Shown here: piece by piece, positions 27,037 through 38,038 of the stretch | Layout: every line of letters starts with the position of its first letter | Position numbering within the stretch: position 1 is the stretch's first letter | NCBI GenBank assembly: GCA_947626605.1 | Contig: CANQSV010000004.1 | Location: 28,429 to 92,428, forward strand | Direction of reading: 5' to 3' | Length of the DNA: 64,000 bases | Source of the DNA: an uncultured Clostridia bacterium | GTDB taxonomy: Bacteria > Bacillota > Clostridia > TANB77 > CAG-508 | Notes under the pieces: generated by a model | What the model was told of the DNA's origin: nothing | The model's database searches: none | The model's input: the letters and a program-made list of their open reading frames with translations, nothing else | Position numbers and translations under genes: made by a program

Positions 27037-29715
27037 ATGAGCTTGCTTAACAAATTAACCATAAAGAATTTGAAACTTAATAAAAAGAGAACGATTGTAA
27101 CAATTATAGGAATAATACTATCAGTATCACTTGTAACAGCTGTTGCAGCTTTATATACTAGCTTAATTCCATCTCTAATAAATTTTGAAATACGAGAAAA
27201 AGGAAATTTTCATGTTGTCTTTTATGATGTTCCTGTTAGTGATTTGGAAACATTTAAAAATAACCGTGAAATAGAAGGACTATATTTAACTCAAAATGTA
27301 GGATATGCTAATTTAAAAGATGCTAAAAGTAATGACGAGAAAACATCATATGAATCTAGAAATGAAGAGAAACCTTATGCATATGTAAAAGCATTTACGA
27401 AAGGTTCTCTTGAAAATTTATCTGTTAAATTGGTAGAAGGAAGGTTACCTGAAAATAAAAATGAAATTGTTATACCAACACATTTAAAAACGAATGGTAG
27501 AGTTGAGATGAAAGTTGGTGAGAATATAACTTTAAAGGTAGGTAGAAGGATTGCAACAGATATAAACTATGAATTAGATCAAGATAATCCTTATCAAAAT
27601 AAACAAGCAGAAAAAATTGTAGATACCAAAGAGATAACGTATAAAATAGTTGGTATTATTGAAAGGCCAGCAACAAATATCGAAAGTTATTCTGCTCCAG
27701 GATATACATTTATAACTTGTGAAGATGAAAATGATATGAAAGGCAAAGTTGATGTTTATGCAAAATATACTAAGTATGGTACTAAACACAATGAAAAAAT
27801 TACAGCTGGAATTTTAGGTGTGAGTGAAGAAACTATTAAAAAAATGAAATCTTCAAGTGTTTCAGAAGAAGAAGTTGAAAAAATAAGAAAAGAATTAGAA
27901 AAAGAAAAGTATAATATAGATCAGAATGATTATTTAATAATGCTAGAAACTAATCCAATTAAAGATTCAGGTATTGGAGGTTTAGGAATTGTTGTTGGAA
28001 TAGTATGTGGTATTATAGTATTTTCATCAGTTTTCTGCATAAAGAATAGTTTTGATATATCTATAACAGAAAAGATAAAACAATATGGTATGCTAAGAAG
28101 TGTTGGAGCTACTAAAAAACAAATAAAGAAAAATGTATTTTATGAAGCAACAATACTTGGAATAATAGGAATTCCACTAGGAATATTAGCAGGATTATTT
28201 GCTGCATGGGTTTTAATAATTGTAAGCAATTATTTCCTTACAGGAGCCTTAATGGAGGAAACTAATGTAAAACTAAAATTTGCTTTTTCATGGCTAGCTA
28301 TAGGGTTGGCAGTTGTATTAGGAATAGTAACTATATACTTGTCAGCACTTAGAAGTGCAAGAAAAGCTTCAAAGATATCTCCTATAGATTCTATAAGAAA
28401 TAGTGCAGATATTAAAATAAAAGCCAAAAAACTTAAAAAATCTAAAATAATAAATAAATTGTTTGGAATAGGTGGAGACATATCATATAAAAATCTTAAA
28501 AGAAATAAGAAAAAGTATAGAACAACTGTAATGTCTATATCTGTATCAGTATTGGTATTTATTGCATTATCAGCATTTATGAAAACAGCATTTTATGAAG
28601 TAGACAAAGAACTTAATATGTCTGATTATAACTTAAAACTTTATTTTTATGGTTCAGAAAAAAACAAAGAACTATATCAAAAAGTAAAAGAAACAACAAA
28701 ACTAAGTGGAATTTTAGATTGTACAATATGTAGACATGGAGCTGAGTCTTTTATGTTAAAACAGCCTAAATACAATGAGGAACATATGCAAGAAATAAGT
28801 AAGCAATATGCTACACCAGAAGATGAAAATGAAATTCCAATTGGAATAGTTGCAATTAATGATGAACAATATAAAAAATATATTAGAGATTTAGGATTAA
28901 AATATGAAGATATAAAGAATAAATGCATATTGTTTGATGAAATGAAAATATCTATATGGGATGAAGAAAAAGACAAAAGAATTGAACATAAAATAAGACG
29001 TTTTACATATAGTAAAGGCGATATAATAAAAGGAAATCTAAAAAAAGGAGAAGAGGATATAAATCTAGAGATTGGTTGCATAACAGATAAGTTGCCTTTT
29101 GGATTTAATGAAGAAGTTTATAGTTCCTTATTAGTTGTTAGTGATGAATTTTTTGATAATCACTCTATAGATTGCAGAAATTATGAAGTTTTATTTGATG
29201 CAGAAGATGCTTCAAAATTACAAGATGAGATAGATGAAGTTTTAAAAGGTTATAATTATAATCTTTATAATATAGAAGAACAAGCAACAATGATGAAAAA
29301 TTTATTTGTTCTTATAGGAATTTTCTTATATGGATTTATAATTGTAATTTCTTTAATAGGAATAACAAATATATTTAATACAATTACAACAAATATGGAA
29401 TTACGCAAACAGGAATTTGCAATGCTTAAATCTATAGGAATGACAGAAAATGAATTTAAGCGAATGATAAGATTAGAGAGCCTTTTCATGGGAGTAAAAG
29501 CTTTAGCATTTGGAATTCCTATTGGCATTATCTTATCATTGGTAATCTTCCATTTCTTAGAAATTGAAGATAGTTGGATACAGATGTTACCTATTGGTGC
29601 GGTTATAATTTCAATTGTGGTAGTGTTCTTGCTAATAAGCATAATAATGAGATATTCAATTAGTAAAATCAATAAGCAAAATACTATTGAAACTATACGA
29701 AATGAAAATATATAA
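27037..29715 (+). CDS. ABC transporter permease, FtsX/MacB family (892 aa, two FtsX-type 4-TM modules with large extracytoplasmic domains)
   Basis: Hydrophobic clusters at the N-terminus, around residues 310-450 and at the C-terminus, with the long soluble regions between them that are typical of BceB/MacB-like permeases. Confidence 0.75.
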   Translation: MSLLNKLTIKNLKLNKKRTIVTIIGIILSVSLVTAVAALYTSLIPSLINFEIREKGNFHVVFYDVPVSDLETFKNNREIEGLYLTQNVGYANLKDAKSNDEKTSYESRNEEKPYAYVKAFTKGSLENLSVKLVEGRLPENKNEIVIPTHLKTNGRVEMKVGENITLKVGRRIATDINYELDQDNPYQNKQAEKIVDTKEITYKIVGIIERPATNIESYSAPGYTFITCEDENDMKGKVDVYAKYTKYGTKHNEKITAGILGVSEETIKKMKSSSVSEEEVEKIRKELEKEKYNIDQNDYLIMLETNPIKDSGIGGLGIVVGIVCGIIVFSSVFCIKNSFDISITEKIKQYGMLRSVGATKKQIKKNVFYEATILGIIGIPLGILAGLFAAWVLIIVSNYFLTGALMEETNVKLKFAFSWLAIGLAVVLGIVTIYLSALRSARKASKISPIDSIRNSADIKIKAKKLKKSKIINKLFGIGGDISYKNLKRNKKKYRTTVMSISVSVLVFIALSAFMKTAFYEVDKELNMSDYNLKLYFYGSEKNKELYQKVKETTKLSGILDCTICRHGAESFMLKQPKYNEEHMQEISKQYATPEDENEIPIGIVAINDEQYKKYIRDLGLKYEDIKNKCILFDEMKISIWDEEKDKRIEHKIRRFTYSKGDIIKGNLKKGEEDINLEIGCITDKLPFGFNEEVYSSLLVVSDEFFDNHSIDCRNYEVLFDAEDASKLQDEIDEVLKGYNYNLYNIEEQATMMKNLFVLIGIFLYGFIIVISLIGITNIFNTITTNMELRKQEFAMLKSIGMTENEFKRMIRLESLFMGVKALAFGIPIGIILSLVIFHFLEIEDSWIQMLPIGAVIISIVVVFLLISIIMRYSISKINKQNTIETIRNENI

Positions 29716-29741
29716 TTATAATAATTGCAATATTGGAATAA

Positions 29742-29810
29742 GGCGACCACTGGTCGCCCCTACAGATGCTATATTTAAATTTTAAATGTAGGGGCGATTA
29801 GTAATCGCCC
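29742..29810. repeat. Nested GC-rich hairpins (ggcgaccactggtcgcc; cccctaca...tgtagggg; ggggcgattagtaatcgccc) of the recurring hairpin family; no T-tract
   Basis: Inverted repeats seen in the sequence. The third hairpin is nearly identical to 1044-1068. Confidence 0.5.
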
Positions 29811-29848
29811 GATATAAAACCGTAGAGATGTTAAATAAGGAGAAAAAC

Positions 29849-30508
29849 ATGAAAATTTTACTAATAGAAGATAACATAAACATTGTAAAAGGCTTAAAAT
29901 ATTCATTTGATAAAAATAATTATGAACTCATATCAAAAACTTCTATAAAAGATGCAAAGGATTTCTTTGATACGGAGATTCATATTGATTTGATTATATT
30001 GGATATTACTTTGCCAGATGGAAATGGATTTGATTTTTTTGAAAATGAAATAAAACCGCTTAATATTCCAACTATATTCTTAACTGCAAAAGATGATGAA
30101 AATGATATTGTTAAAGGTCTTAATATTGGTGCAGAAGATTATATAACTAAACCTTTTAGTACAAAAGAATTACTAGCTAGAATTAATAAAATACTATTGC
30201 GCTCACAAAAGAAAAGTATTATTGTAATTAAAGATATTAGTTTTGATATGGATAAGATGGTAGTTACAAAAAGTGGGAAGGATTTAGAACTAACTTCTTT
30301 AGAACTTAAACTTCTTCATTTATTATTTCTAAATAAAAATAAGGTAGTTACTAGAAATACAATATTAGATAAAGTATGGGAATGGACTGGGAATTTTGTT
30401 GATGACCATACAATTACTGTATATTTAAAACGAATTAGAGAAAAATTAGAAACGGACATTATTGTAACTGTTAAAGGAATGGGGTATAGAATAGATGTTG
30501 ATAAATAA
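29849..30508 (+). CDS. OmpR-family response regulator
   Basis: Receiver residues (D..D..K) and a winged-helix C-terminal domain (VWEW...TVKGMGYRI). Start taken at MKILLIEDN with a perfect AAGGAG RBS. Confidence 0.85.
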   Translation: MKILLIEDNINIVKGLKYSFDKNNYELISKTSIKDAKDFFDTEIHIDLIILDITLPDGNGFDFFENEIKPLNIPTIFLTAKDDENDIVKGLNIGAEDYITKPFSTKELLARINKILLRSQKKSIIVIKDISFDMDKMVVTKSGKDLELTSLELKLLHLLFLNKNKVVTRNTILDKVWEWTGNFVDDHTITVYLKRIREKLETDIIVTVKGMGYRIDVDK

Positions 30509-31709
30509 AGTTAAGTTGAAAAAATATTTATGCATTTCTTTAGTAATATTAATATTTTTTCTAACTATAGGACTACTAATTAATTGGTATGAATATAAAA
30601 CTTACACCAAAAATTTTAATCAAAAAATTGCAGAATTAGTAGCAGAAGTAAGAAAAGAATATCCTAATGTATCAGAAAATGATATTATAAAAATATTAAA
30701 TAGTACAAATGAAAATGCCCCTATATTAGATAAGTATGGTATTTATATAAATGGAAAATCTATTGTTATGAATAATGATGAGATTTTTCAAAAATTTTTA
30801 AAAATAGAAGTAATATTTATACTATTAGCATTTGGCAGTTTTATAGTTGCGTTTATGATTTATAATAGTAATAAAGATAAAGAAATAAAGAATATTACTA
30901 AGTATATAGAAGAAATAAATAGAAGAAATTATTCCTTACATATTGATGAAAATACAGAGGATGAATTGTCTATTTTGAGAAATGAAATATATAAAACAAC
31001 AGTAATGTTAAAAGAAAGTGCAGATAATTCTCTAAATGATAAAAGAGAACTAAAAAAATCTCTAGAAGATATATCACATCAATTAAAAACACCACTAACT
31101 TCGATTCTAGTTATGCTAGATAATTTAATTGATGATTCGGATATGGATAAAAGAACTAGAGAAGATTTTATAAGAGATATAAAAAGAGAAGTTGTAAATA
31201 TAAATTTTCTTGTACAGGCAATTTTAAAATTATCAAATTTTGATGCAAATACTATAGAATTTGTAAAAGAAAACAATTTTATAAAAAAGATAATGGATGA
31301 ATCTATTAGAAATGTATCGACTTTATGTGATTTAAGAAATATAAAAATAGAAATTTCAGGAGATGAAAAAATAAAAATAAATTGTGATTATAGATGGCAG
31401 GTAGAGGCTATAACAAATATAATAAAAAATTGTATAGATCATTCAGAAGAAAATAGTAAGATAATTGTTAAGTATGAGCAAAATAATGTATATACTCTAA
31501 TATCTATTAGAGATTTTGGTGATGGAATATGTAAAGAAGATTTGCCTCATATATTTGAGAGGTTTTATAAAGGTAAAAATGCAAATAAGGATAGTATTGG
31601 AATAGGACTAGCTTTATCAAAAGTAATAATAGAAGCGGATAATGGAAATATAGAAGTTGAGTCTGAATATGGCAAGGGGACTATATTTACAATTAAATAT
31701 TTTATGTAA
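30495..31709 (+). CDS. Sensor histidine kinase (two TM helices, small extracytoplasmic loop)
   Basis: H-box ISHQLKTPLTS plus N, G1 (DFGDGI) and G2 (GIGLAL) boxes. Overlaps the RR stop. Confidence 0.8.
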   Translation: MLINKVKLKKYLCISLVILIFFLTIGLLINWYEYKTYTKNFNQKIAELVAEVRKEYPNVSENDIIKILNSTNENAPILDKYGIYINGKSIVMNNDEIFQKFLKIEVIFILLAFGSFIVAFMIYNSNKDKEIKNITKYIEEINRRNYSLHIDENTEDELSILRNEIYKTTVMLKESADNSLNDKRELKKSLEDISHQLKTPLTSILVMLDNLIDDSDMDKRTREDFIRDIKREVVNINFLVQAILKLSNFDANTIEFVKENNFIKKIMDESIRNVSTLCDLRNIKIEISGDEKIKINCDYRWQVEAITNIIKNCIDHSEENSKIIVKYEQNNVYTLISIRDFGDGICKEDLPHIFERFYKGKNANKDSIGIGLALSKVIIEADNGNIEVESEYGKGTIFTIKYFM

Positions 31710-31803
31710 CATATATGTAATATTTTGTTAATTGAAATAAAACCATTTCTTATGATATAATTCTAAAGAAATGGTATTTATTTCAATACAAAGGAGAAAT
31801 TGG

Positions 31804-32988
31804 ATGGAAAATAATATGGAAAAAGCTCTACAATATTTTCAGACTATGGGAATTCCAATAAAAGATGGTTATATAGATTCTAATTTAACAGACGAACAAA
31901 TCGAGATATTAAAAAAATGGAGAGATAATACAATGATAAATGGCATCATGATGCCAGATGAAGAAGACTTTTATAGGTCAATATTATTAGCAATATCTTT
32001 ACAACCACAAAAGGATGAAAATGGTAAAATAGTGTATTTGTTTGGAAAAGGAATTGGAGTTGAAGTTGCACTTAGGGGAACGATTGAGGGCAGAGAAAAT
32101 GATAATATAGAAGTACCATATAGGAGTCATTCTGATTTTGAACTTTATGATGTAAAAAAAGACGAACCATATAAAAGAGGTTTTCAAGAAATATATGGAA
32201 GCCAAGAGTGGTATCCTACTACTGAAACAAAAGGCTTGAAAAAAATACCAGAGGGCTATATGGATAAAACTTATGAAACAGTTGTAATAGACGGATATGA
32301 AGTTTTAGTTCCACAGCTTGAAATATTATTTTTAGATAAATTTTTAAAAAGAGAATCAACTCCAAGAGAAGAAGGGTATGATTGCGAATTATTAGCACAG
32401 AGATATAATTTGGATATAAATTTAATAAAACAATATTTGGAGAAGCATTATATAAAACCAATGCAAGAGCAGAAGCAAATGGGAGGAGAAAAATATAAGC
32501 AAAATTTCACATCTGGTGTTATTAGAAATCTTAAATTTGAATATGAGTCAGATGATGATAATAAAGCAGAATATGCAGACCAACAATTTGCCTTAGAGGA
32601 AACTATAAGGGGTGTAAACGAAAGAGTGAATGTTGCTACCAAAATGGATATAACAGTTAATGGGATAAGAGCAAAGATGTTTGTTCCATTAACAATAGAT
32701 GATGTTTCAATGGGAGAAAATGGAGAGTTTATATTATCAGATTCCTATATAAAAAGGACAATAGAAAACATTTCAAAAGTTACCAAAATAGAAATTAAAG
32801 ATACTGGGGTTAAAACTTTGCAAGATTTAGATGAAATGTTTGATAAAATAAAAGGACAACTAGGAATAGATGATTATGCAGGATTGGCATATGATAAGGA
32901 AACTGTAGGAACAACAGAACAAGTTGTTGGTATTTTTGAAGAAGATAATACAAAAGAACAAGAAGGAGGGCCAAGCATAGATGATTGA
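31804..32988 (+). CDS. Hypothetical protein (about 395 aa), no recognised domain
   Basis: AAGGAG RBS 7 nt upstream of the ATG at 31804. Coding-like composition. Acidic C-terminus. Confidence 0.4.
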   Translation: MENNMEKALQYFQTMGIPIKDGYIDSNLTDEQIEILKKWRDNTMINGIMMPDEEDFYRSILLAISLQPQKDENGKIVYLFGKGIGVEVALRGTIEGRENDNIEVPYRSHSDFELYDVKKDEPYKRGFQEIYGSQEWYPTTETKGLKKIPEGYMDKTYETVVIDGYEVLVPQLEILFLDKFLKRESTPREEGYDCELLAQRYNLDINLIKQYLEKHYIKPMQEQKQMGGEKYKQNFTSGVIRNLKFEYESDDDNKAEYADQQFALEETIRGVNERVNVATKMDITVNGIRAKMFVPLTIDDVSMGENGEFILSDSYIKRTIENISKVTKIEIKDTGVKTLQDLDEMFDKIKGQLGIDDYAGLAYDKETVGTTEQVVGIFEEDNTKEQEGGPSIDD

Positions 32989-33424
32989 TATTGTAGCAGG
33001 TCAATCTATGTATGAAGTAAGTGTAATACTAGATAATACAGATAAGAGGCTAGTACAAAGAATTCCTAAAAAAGTTTTGAAGACCATAAAAGAAAAAGCA
33101 AGGCCAACAAAAGAGTTTATATATGATAAGAATAAAAAATTAAAAGATCAAGATATAACAAAAGCAACCAAAGGGATAATAGCTATGATATATAGGGATT
33201 ACTTGTGTACGGAAGAGCAAAGATTGATTTATAAAGAATATTATGCAACAGCAATGGAAACAGCAGAATTAGAAAAGAAAGAAAAATACAATGTAGATAA
33301 TATTTTTTCGGCTCGTAATTCAAAAAAAGAACATACAGAACTTATACCATATGAAAAAGAATCTATATGGCAAAAAATAAAAAATAAATTCATGAAGATA
33401 TTTAAAAGACGAAAGGAATGGTAG
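32981..33424 (+). CDS. Hypothetical basic protein (147 aa)
   Basis: Its start overlaps the upstream stop (ATGA-type coupling), with a GGAGGG RBS. Confidence 0.35.
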   Translation: MIDIVAGQSMYEVSVILDNTDKRLVQRIPKKVLKTIKEKARPTKEFIYDKNKKLKDQDITKATKGIIAMIYRDYLCTEEQRLIYKEYYATAMETAELEKKEKYNVDNIFSARNSKKEHTELIPYEKESIWQKIKNKFMKIFKRRKEW

Positions 33425-33430
33425 TAAAAA

Positions 33431-33988
33431 ATGAAAGAAGAATTCTTAGCACTATTAAAGAGTATAGATAGAGAAGGAATGGATAATTTAATAGATTTTA
33501 TTGAAAATAAAACAGATTTTTTTAAGGCTCCAGCAAGTACGAGATTCCATGGAAATTATGAAGGTGGATTACTAGAACATAGCATGAAAGTGTATGAGAT
33601 TTTGAAGGAGAAAGTAAATAGTTGTTGTATTGATGTTCCTGTATCAGAAGATACAATAAAAATAGTAGCTTTATTACATGATATATGTAAAGTGAATTTT
33701 TATAAAGTTGATTATAGAAATGCAAAGAATGAAAGAGGAGAATGGGAAAAAGTTCCATATTATACGGTAGATGATACTATACCATATGGGCATGGTGAAA
33801 AATCTGTAATGATGATATCTGAATATATAAAATTGACAAGTGAAGAAAAATATAGTATACGTTGGCATATGGGATATACAGAGCCAAAAGAATTATATAC
33901 AACAATTGGACTAGCTTATAGAAAATATCCTTTAGCTCTTCTTATGTTTGAAGCAGATTTAGAAGCAACAGCATTTTTTAATATATAA
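33431..33988 (+). CDS. HD-domain phosphohydrolase (YqeK-like small HD protein)
   Basis: H...ALLHDICK...H...D metal-binding pattern; 185 aa. Confidence 0.6.
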   Translation: MKEEFLALLKSIDREGMDNLIDFIENKTDFFKAPASTRFHGNYEGGLLEHSMKVYEILKEKVNSCCIDVPVSEDTIKIVALLHDICKVNFYKVDYRNAKNERGEWEKVPYYTVDDTIPYGHGEKSVMMISEYIKLTSEEKYSIRWHMGYTEPKELYTTIGLAYRKYPLALLMFEADLEATAFFNI

Positions 33989-34102
33989 ATATTGCTTATG
34001 AGGTACAAGGTTAAAAACTTGAAAAAGTTGTTCCTTGCCTCTTTTATTTTGGCTTAATATGTTATACAATAATACAAATTGTTAATTTTGAGGAGAGGTT
34101 GT

Positions 34103-35791
34103 ATGAATAAAAAATGGGAATATGCTAATGCAAATGATGAAAAAATTAAAGAAATTTCAGAAAAATTTAAAATAAACGAATTATTAGCAACAATATTAGT
34201 AAACAGAAATATTATAAATGATGATGAAATAAAGATATTTTTAAATCCAACTAGAAATGATTTTTATGATCCGTATTCTTTACCAGATATGGAAATCGCT
34301 GTTGAAAGAATTATAAAAGCAATAAATAATAAAGAAAAAATAATTATATATGGCGATTATGATGTAGATGGAATAACTAGTATAACAGTATTAAAAAAAT
34401 TTCTTGATGCAAGAGGCATGGATGTAGGATATTATATTCCCAACAGATTAGAAGAAGGATATGGTTTAAATAAAGAAAGAATACAAAAAATTGTTGAAGA
34501 GAAATATACTCTAATGATTACAGTGGATTGTGGAATATCAGGCTTAGAAGAAGTAAAACTAGGAAATTCATTAGGCTTAGAAACAATTGTAACGGATCAT
34601 CATGAACCTTTGGACGAGTTGCCAGATGCATTAGCGGTAATAGATCCTAAAATAAAAACAAATAAATATCCATTTAATCAATTAGCAGGAGTAGGTGTTG
34701 TATTTAAATTAATACAAGCACTTTCTATAAAATTAGGTTTAGATGAAAAAGAATATTTAAAATATTTAGATATAGTTTGTGTTGGAACAATATCAGACAT
34801 AGTTCCATTAGTAGATGAAAATAGAATTATAGCAAAATTAGGTTTAAAACTAGTAGAAGTAACTAAAAATATAGGATTAAAAACTTTGCTTAAATCAGTA
34901 GGATATAAAAGTATTGATTCTAATACTATATCATTTGGAATAGCTCCAAGAGTTAATGCATGTGGAAGAATGGGGTATGAAACTGAAGCTTTAAGATTAT
35001 TTTTAACAGATGATGTGAAAGAAGCGGAAGATTTAACAGAAAAATTAAATCAGTATAATAAAGACAGACAAGAAACAGAAAAAGAAATAGTAAAACAAGC
35101 TTTAGAAAAAATTGAAAAAGAAGAACTAAAAGATTCAGCAGTAATCGTATTAGGAGATGAAAGATGGCATCATGGAGTAATTGGAATAGTAGCTTCTAAA
35201 ATAACTGATATGTATTTTAAACCAAGTATTTTAGTTTGCTATGATGGTGAAGAAGGAAGAGGATCAGGAAGAAGTATCCCAGGCTTTGATCTTCATAATG
35301 CACTTTGCAAATCAAGTGAGTATCTAGAAAAATATGGCGGACATGAAATGGCTGTGGGATTGAGTTTAAAAAGAAGTAATTTTGATAAATTTAAAGAAGA
35401 AATGCAGAAGGTAGCAAAAGAAGCTAATATAGAAGAAATAATTCCTGTAATAGTAATAGATAAATTAGTATCATTAAAAAATATTAATATAAAAATGATA
35501 AAAGATTTAAAAATGTTAGAACCATTCGGTGAAGGAAATAAAACTCCACTATTTGCTTGTAAGAATTTAAAAATAGATTCTATAAGAACATTAACAGAAG
35601 GAAAACATTTAAAATTATCGCTAAGAGATGAAAACATTGTAATAAATGCCATAGGATTTAATATGGGTCATATAGCAGATGATTATACAATAGGAGATAA
35701 AGTTGATATTGTAGGAGCATTAGAAATAAATACCTATAATGGAGAAGATAGCATACAATTTAATTTGAAAGACATAATGAAATCTTTATAA
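34103..35791 (+). CDS. recJ: Single-stranded-DNA-specific exonuclease RecJ (DHH/DHHA1)
   Basis: IYGDYDVDGITS, TVDCGI, TDHHEP and the GHxMAVG DHHA1 motif. ATG at 34103 with a GAGGAGAGG RBS. Confidence 0.8.
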   Translation: MNKKWEYANANDEKIKEISEKFKINELLATILVNRNIINDDEIKIFLNPTRNDFYDPYSLPDMEIAVERIIKAINNKEKIIIYGDYDVDGITSITVLKKFLDARGMDVGYYIPNRLEEGYGLNKERIQKIVEEKYTLMITVDCGISGLEEVKLGNSLGLETIVTDHHEPLDELPDALAVIDPKIKTNKYPFNQLAGVGVVFKLIQALSIKLGLDEKEYLKYLDIVCVGTISDIVPLVDENRIIAKLGLKLVEVTKNIGLKTLLKSVGYKSIDSNTISFGIAPRVNACGRMGYETEALRLFLTDDVKEAEDLTEKLNQYNKDRQETEKEIVKQALEKIEKEELKDSAVIVLGDERWHHGVIGIVASKITDMYFKPSILVCYDGEEGRGSGRSIPGFDLHNALCKSSEYLEKYGGHEMAVGLSLKRSNFDKFKEEMQKVAKEANIEEIIPVIVIDKLVSLKNINIKMIKDLKMLEPFGEGNKTPLFACKNLKIDSIRTLTEGKHLKLSLRDENIVINAIGFNMGHIADDYTIGDKVDIVGALEINTYNGEDSIQFNLKDIMKSL

Positions 35792-35819
35792 TAATTATAG
35801 TAGATAAGGAGTCATATTT

Positions 35820-38012
35820 ATGGAAACACAAGAAGACATAACTATTCAGAATATTACTGCTCAAATGAAAAAGAATAACAGAAGATCAGATACAAAACTT
35901 ATAATGAAAGCATATAAATGTGCAGAAGAAAATCATAGAGGACAATGTAGAAAGTCAGGAGAACCGTATATAATTCATCCATTGAGTGTTGCGTATATTT
36001 TAGCGAAAATAGGATTAGATGATGCAACTATATGTGCAGCTCTATTGCATGATGTTGTAGAAGATACAGATGTAACATACGAACAGATGAAAAAAGAATT
36101 TGGTGAAGAAATTTCTGCAATGGTAGATGGAGTTACAAAACTTAGTACTATACAATATACATCTGCAAAAGAAATGCAAGTTGAAGATTATAGAAAAATG
36201 TTTTTGGCAATGGGAAAAGATATACGAGTTATATTAATAAAACTTGCAGATAGACTTCATAATATGAGAACTTTAAAAGCTTTAAAAAGAGATAGACAGA
36301 TTGCTATATCTGAGGAAACTCTTGATTTATATGCACCATTGGCTAATAGATTGGGTATGTATTCTTTAAAATGGGAGCTAGAAGATTTAGCATTCAAATA
36401 TTTGTATCCAGAAGAGTATAGAGAATTAGTAGAAGGACTAGACAGAAAAAGAGAAGAAAGACTACAATTCATAGAAAGAATAATGGAACAAATAAGAATT
36501 GAATTGAAACAACAACATATTGATGCAGAAATAACAGGTAGAGCAAAGCATTTATATAGTATATATAGAAAAATGAAAAGAGATAATAAAACTTTAGACC
36601 AGATATACGATTTATTTGCTTTAAGAATATTGGTTAATTCTGTTAAAGATTGTTATGCTGCACTTGGAGTAGTACATGAATTGTACAATCCAATGCCAGG
36701 AAGATTCAAAGATTATATATCTGTTCCAAAGAAAAACATGTACCAATCATTACATACCACTTTAATAGGTGAAAAAGGAACACCATTTGAAGTGCAAATT
36801 CGTACATGGAGCATGCATCAAATTGCAGAATTTGGTATAGCTGCTCATTGGGCATATAAAGAAGCTAATAAGAATAAAAAATCAAATGTTATAGTAGAAG
36901 AAGATAAATTATCATGGATAAGAGAAACACTAGAATGGCAAAAAGATGTAAGAGATCCAGAAGAATTTTTAAAAACATTAAAAACTGAATTGTTTGAAGA
37001 TGAAGTTTATGTTTTCACTCCAAGAGGAGATATAAAGGTTTTGCCAAAAGGTGCAACCCCAATAGATTTTGCATATGCAATTCATGCTGAAGTTGGACAT
37101 AGAATGATTGGATGCAAGATAAATAGTAAAATGATGCCTATTGCAACTCCACTGGAAAATGGGGATATTGTAGACATTATGACATCTGAAACTCCAAAAG
37201 GTCCAAGTAGGGATTGGCTTAAATTTATTAAAAGTTCATCTGCTAAAACTAAGATACAACAATGGTTTAAAAAGGAACAAAGAGAAGAAAATATTATTAA
37301 AGGAAAAGAAATATTAGAAAAAGAAATAAAAAGAATAGGAATGACAACTCAGGAAATATATAAACCTAACTATATAGATGTAGCACTAGCAAGATACAAA
37401 TATAATAGCTTAGATGACATGTATGCTTCTGTTGGATTTGGAGCAATTTCACCAATGAAAATTATAGCTAGAATGCTAGAAGAATACAGAAAAGAACATA
37501 AAGAAGCAGACATAGAAGAAAAGATTGTTGAATTAACACAAGAAAAAAGAATAAAATCTAAGCCATCAAAAACAGGAATAATTGTTGAAGGAATTGATAA
37601 TTGTTTAGTAAAACTTTCAAAATGTTGTAATCCAGTACCAGGAGATGAAATAATTGGATATATAACAAAAGGAAGAGGGGTATCTGTACATAGAGCTGAT
37701 TGTATAAATATTAGTAATTTGCTTTCAGAAGAGGGAAGAATGATAGGTGTTCAATGGGCAAATGAAGAAAAAGCATCATATACAGTAGATATAGAAGTTT
37801 TTGCTAATGATAGATTAGGTCTTCTAGCAGATATACTAAGAGAAGTACAGAATACTAAAAATAAAGTATTAGCAATTAATGCAAAAACTAATAAAGATAG
37901 AGTTGTAGTAATTGAGTTTACTGTTGAAGTTTCAAGCTTAGATTCACTTAATAATGTATTAAAAGTAACAAGAAAAATAGATAGCGTATACGAGGTTAAG
38001 AGAAAGAAGTAA
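35820..38012 (+). CDS. relA: Bifunctional (p)ppGpp synthetase/hydrolase
   Basis: HD hydrolase domain, synthetase domain (RxKxxxSIxxK and YQSLHT) and TGS and ACT domains. Confidence 0.9.
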   Translation: METQEDITIQNITAQMKKNNRRSDTKLIMKAYKCAEENHRGQCRKSGEPYIIHPLSVAYILAKIGLDDATICAALLHDVVEDTDVTYEQMKKEFGEEISAMVDGVTKLSTIQYTSAKEMQVEDYRKMFLAMGKDIRVILIKLADRLHNMRTLKALKRDRQIAISEETLDLYAPLANRLGMYSLKWELEDLAFKYLYPEEYRELVEGLDRKREERLQFIERIMEQIRIELKQQHIDAEITGRAKHLYSIYRKMKRDNKTLDQIYDLFALRILVNSVKDCYAALGVVHELYNPMPGRFKDYISVPKKNMYQSLHTTLIGEKGTPFEVQIRTWSMHQIAEFGIAAHWAYKEANKNKKSNVIVEEDKLSWIRETLEWQKDVRDPEEFLKTLKTELFEDEVYVFTPRGDIKVLPKGATPIDFAYAIHAEVGHRMIGCKINSKMMPIATPLENGDIVDIMTSETPKGPSRDWLKFIKSSSAKTKIQQWFKKEQREENIIKGKEILEKEIKRIGMTTQEIYKPNYIDVALARYKYNSLDDMYASVGFGAISPMKIIARMLEEYRKEHKEADIEEKIVELTQEKRIKSKPSKTGIIVEGIDNCLVKLSKCCNPVPGDEIIGYITKGRGVSVHRADCINISNLLSEEGRMIGVQWANEEKASYTVDIEVFANDRLGLLADILREVQNTKNKVLAINAKTNKDRVVVIEFTVEVSSLDSLNNVLKVTRKIDSVYEVKRKK

Positions 38013-38038
38013 TTGTAGAAAAAAGAAAGGAACATAAA

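Noticed and set aside
33431-33988. Idea that this HD protein is the 'missing' yqeK normally adjacent to nadD
   Set aside because: The similarity is generic HD-motif level only. Without a search I cannot separate YqeK from other small HD hydrolases, so the call is kept generic.
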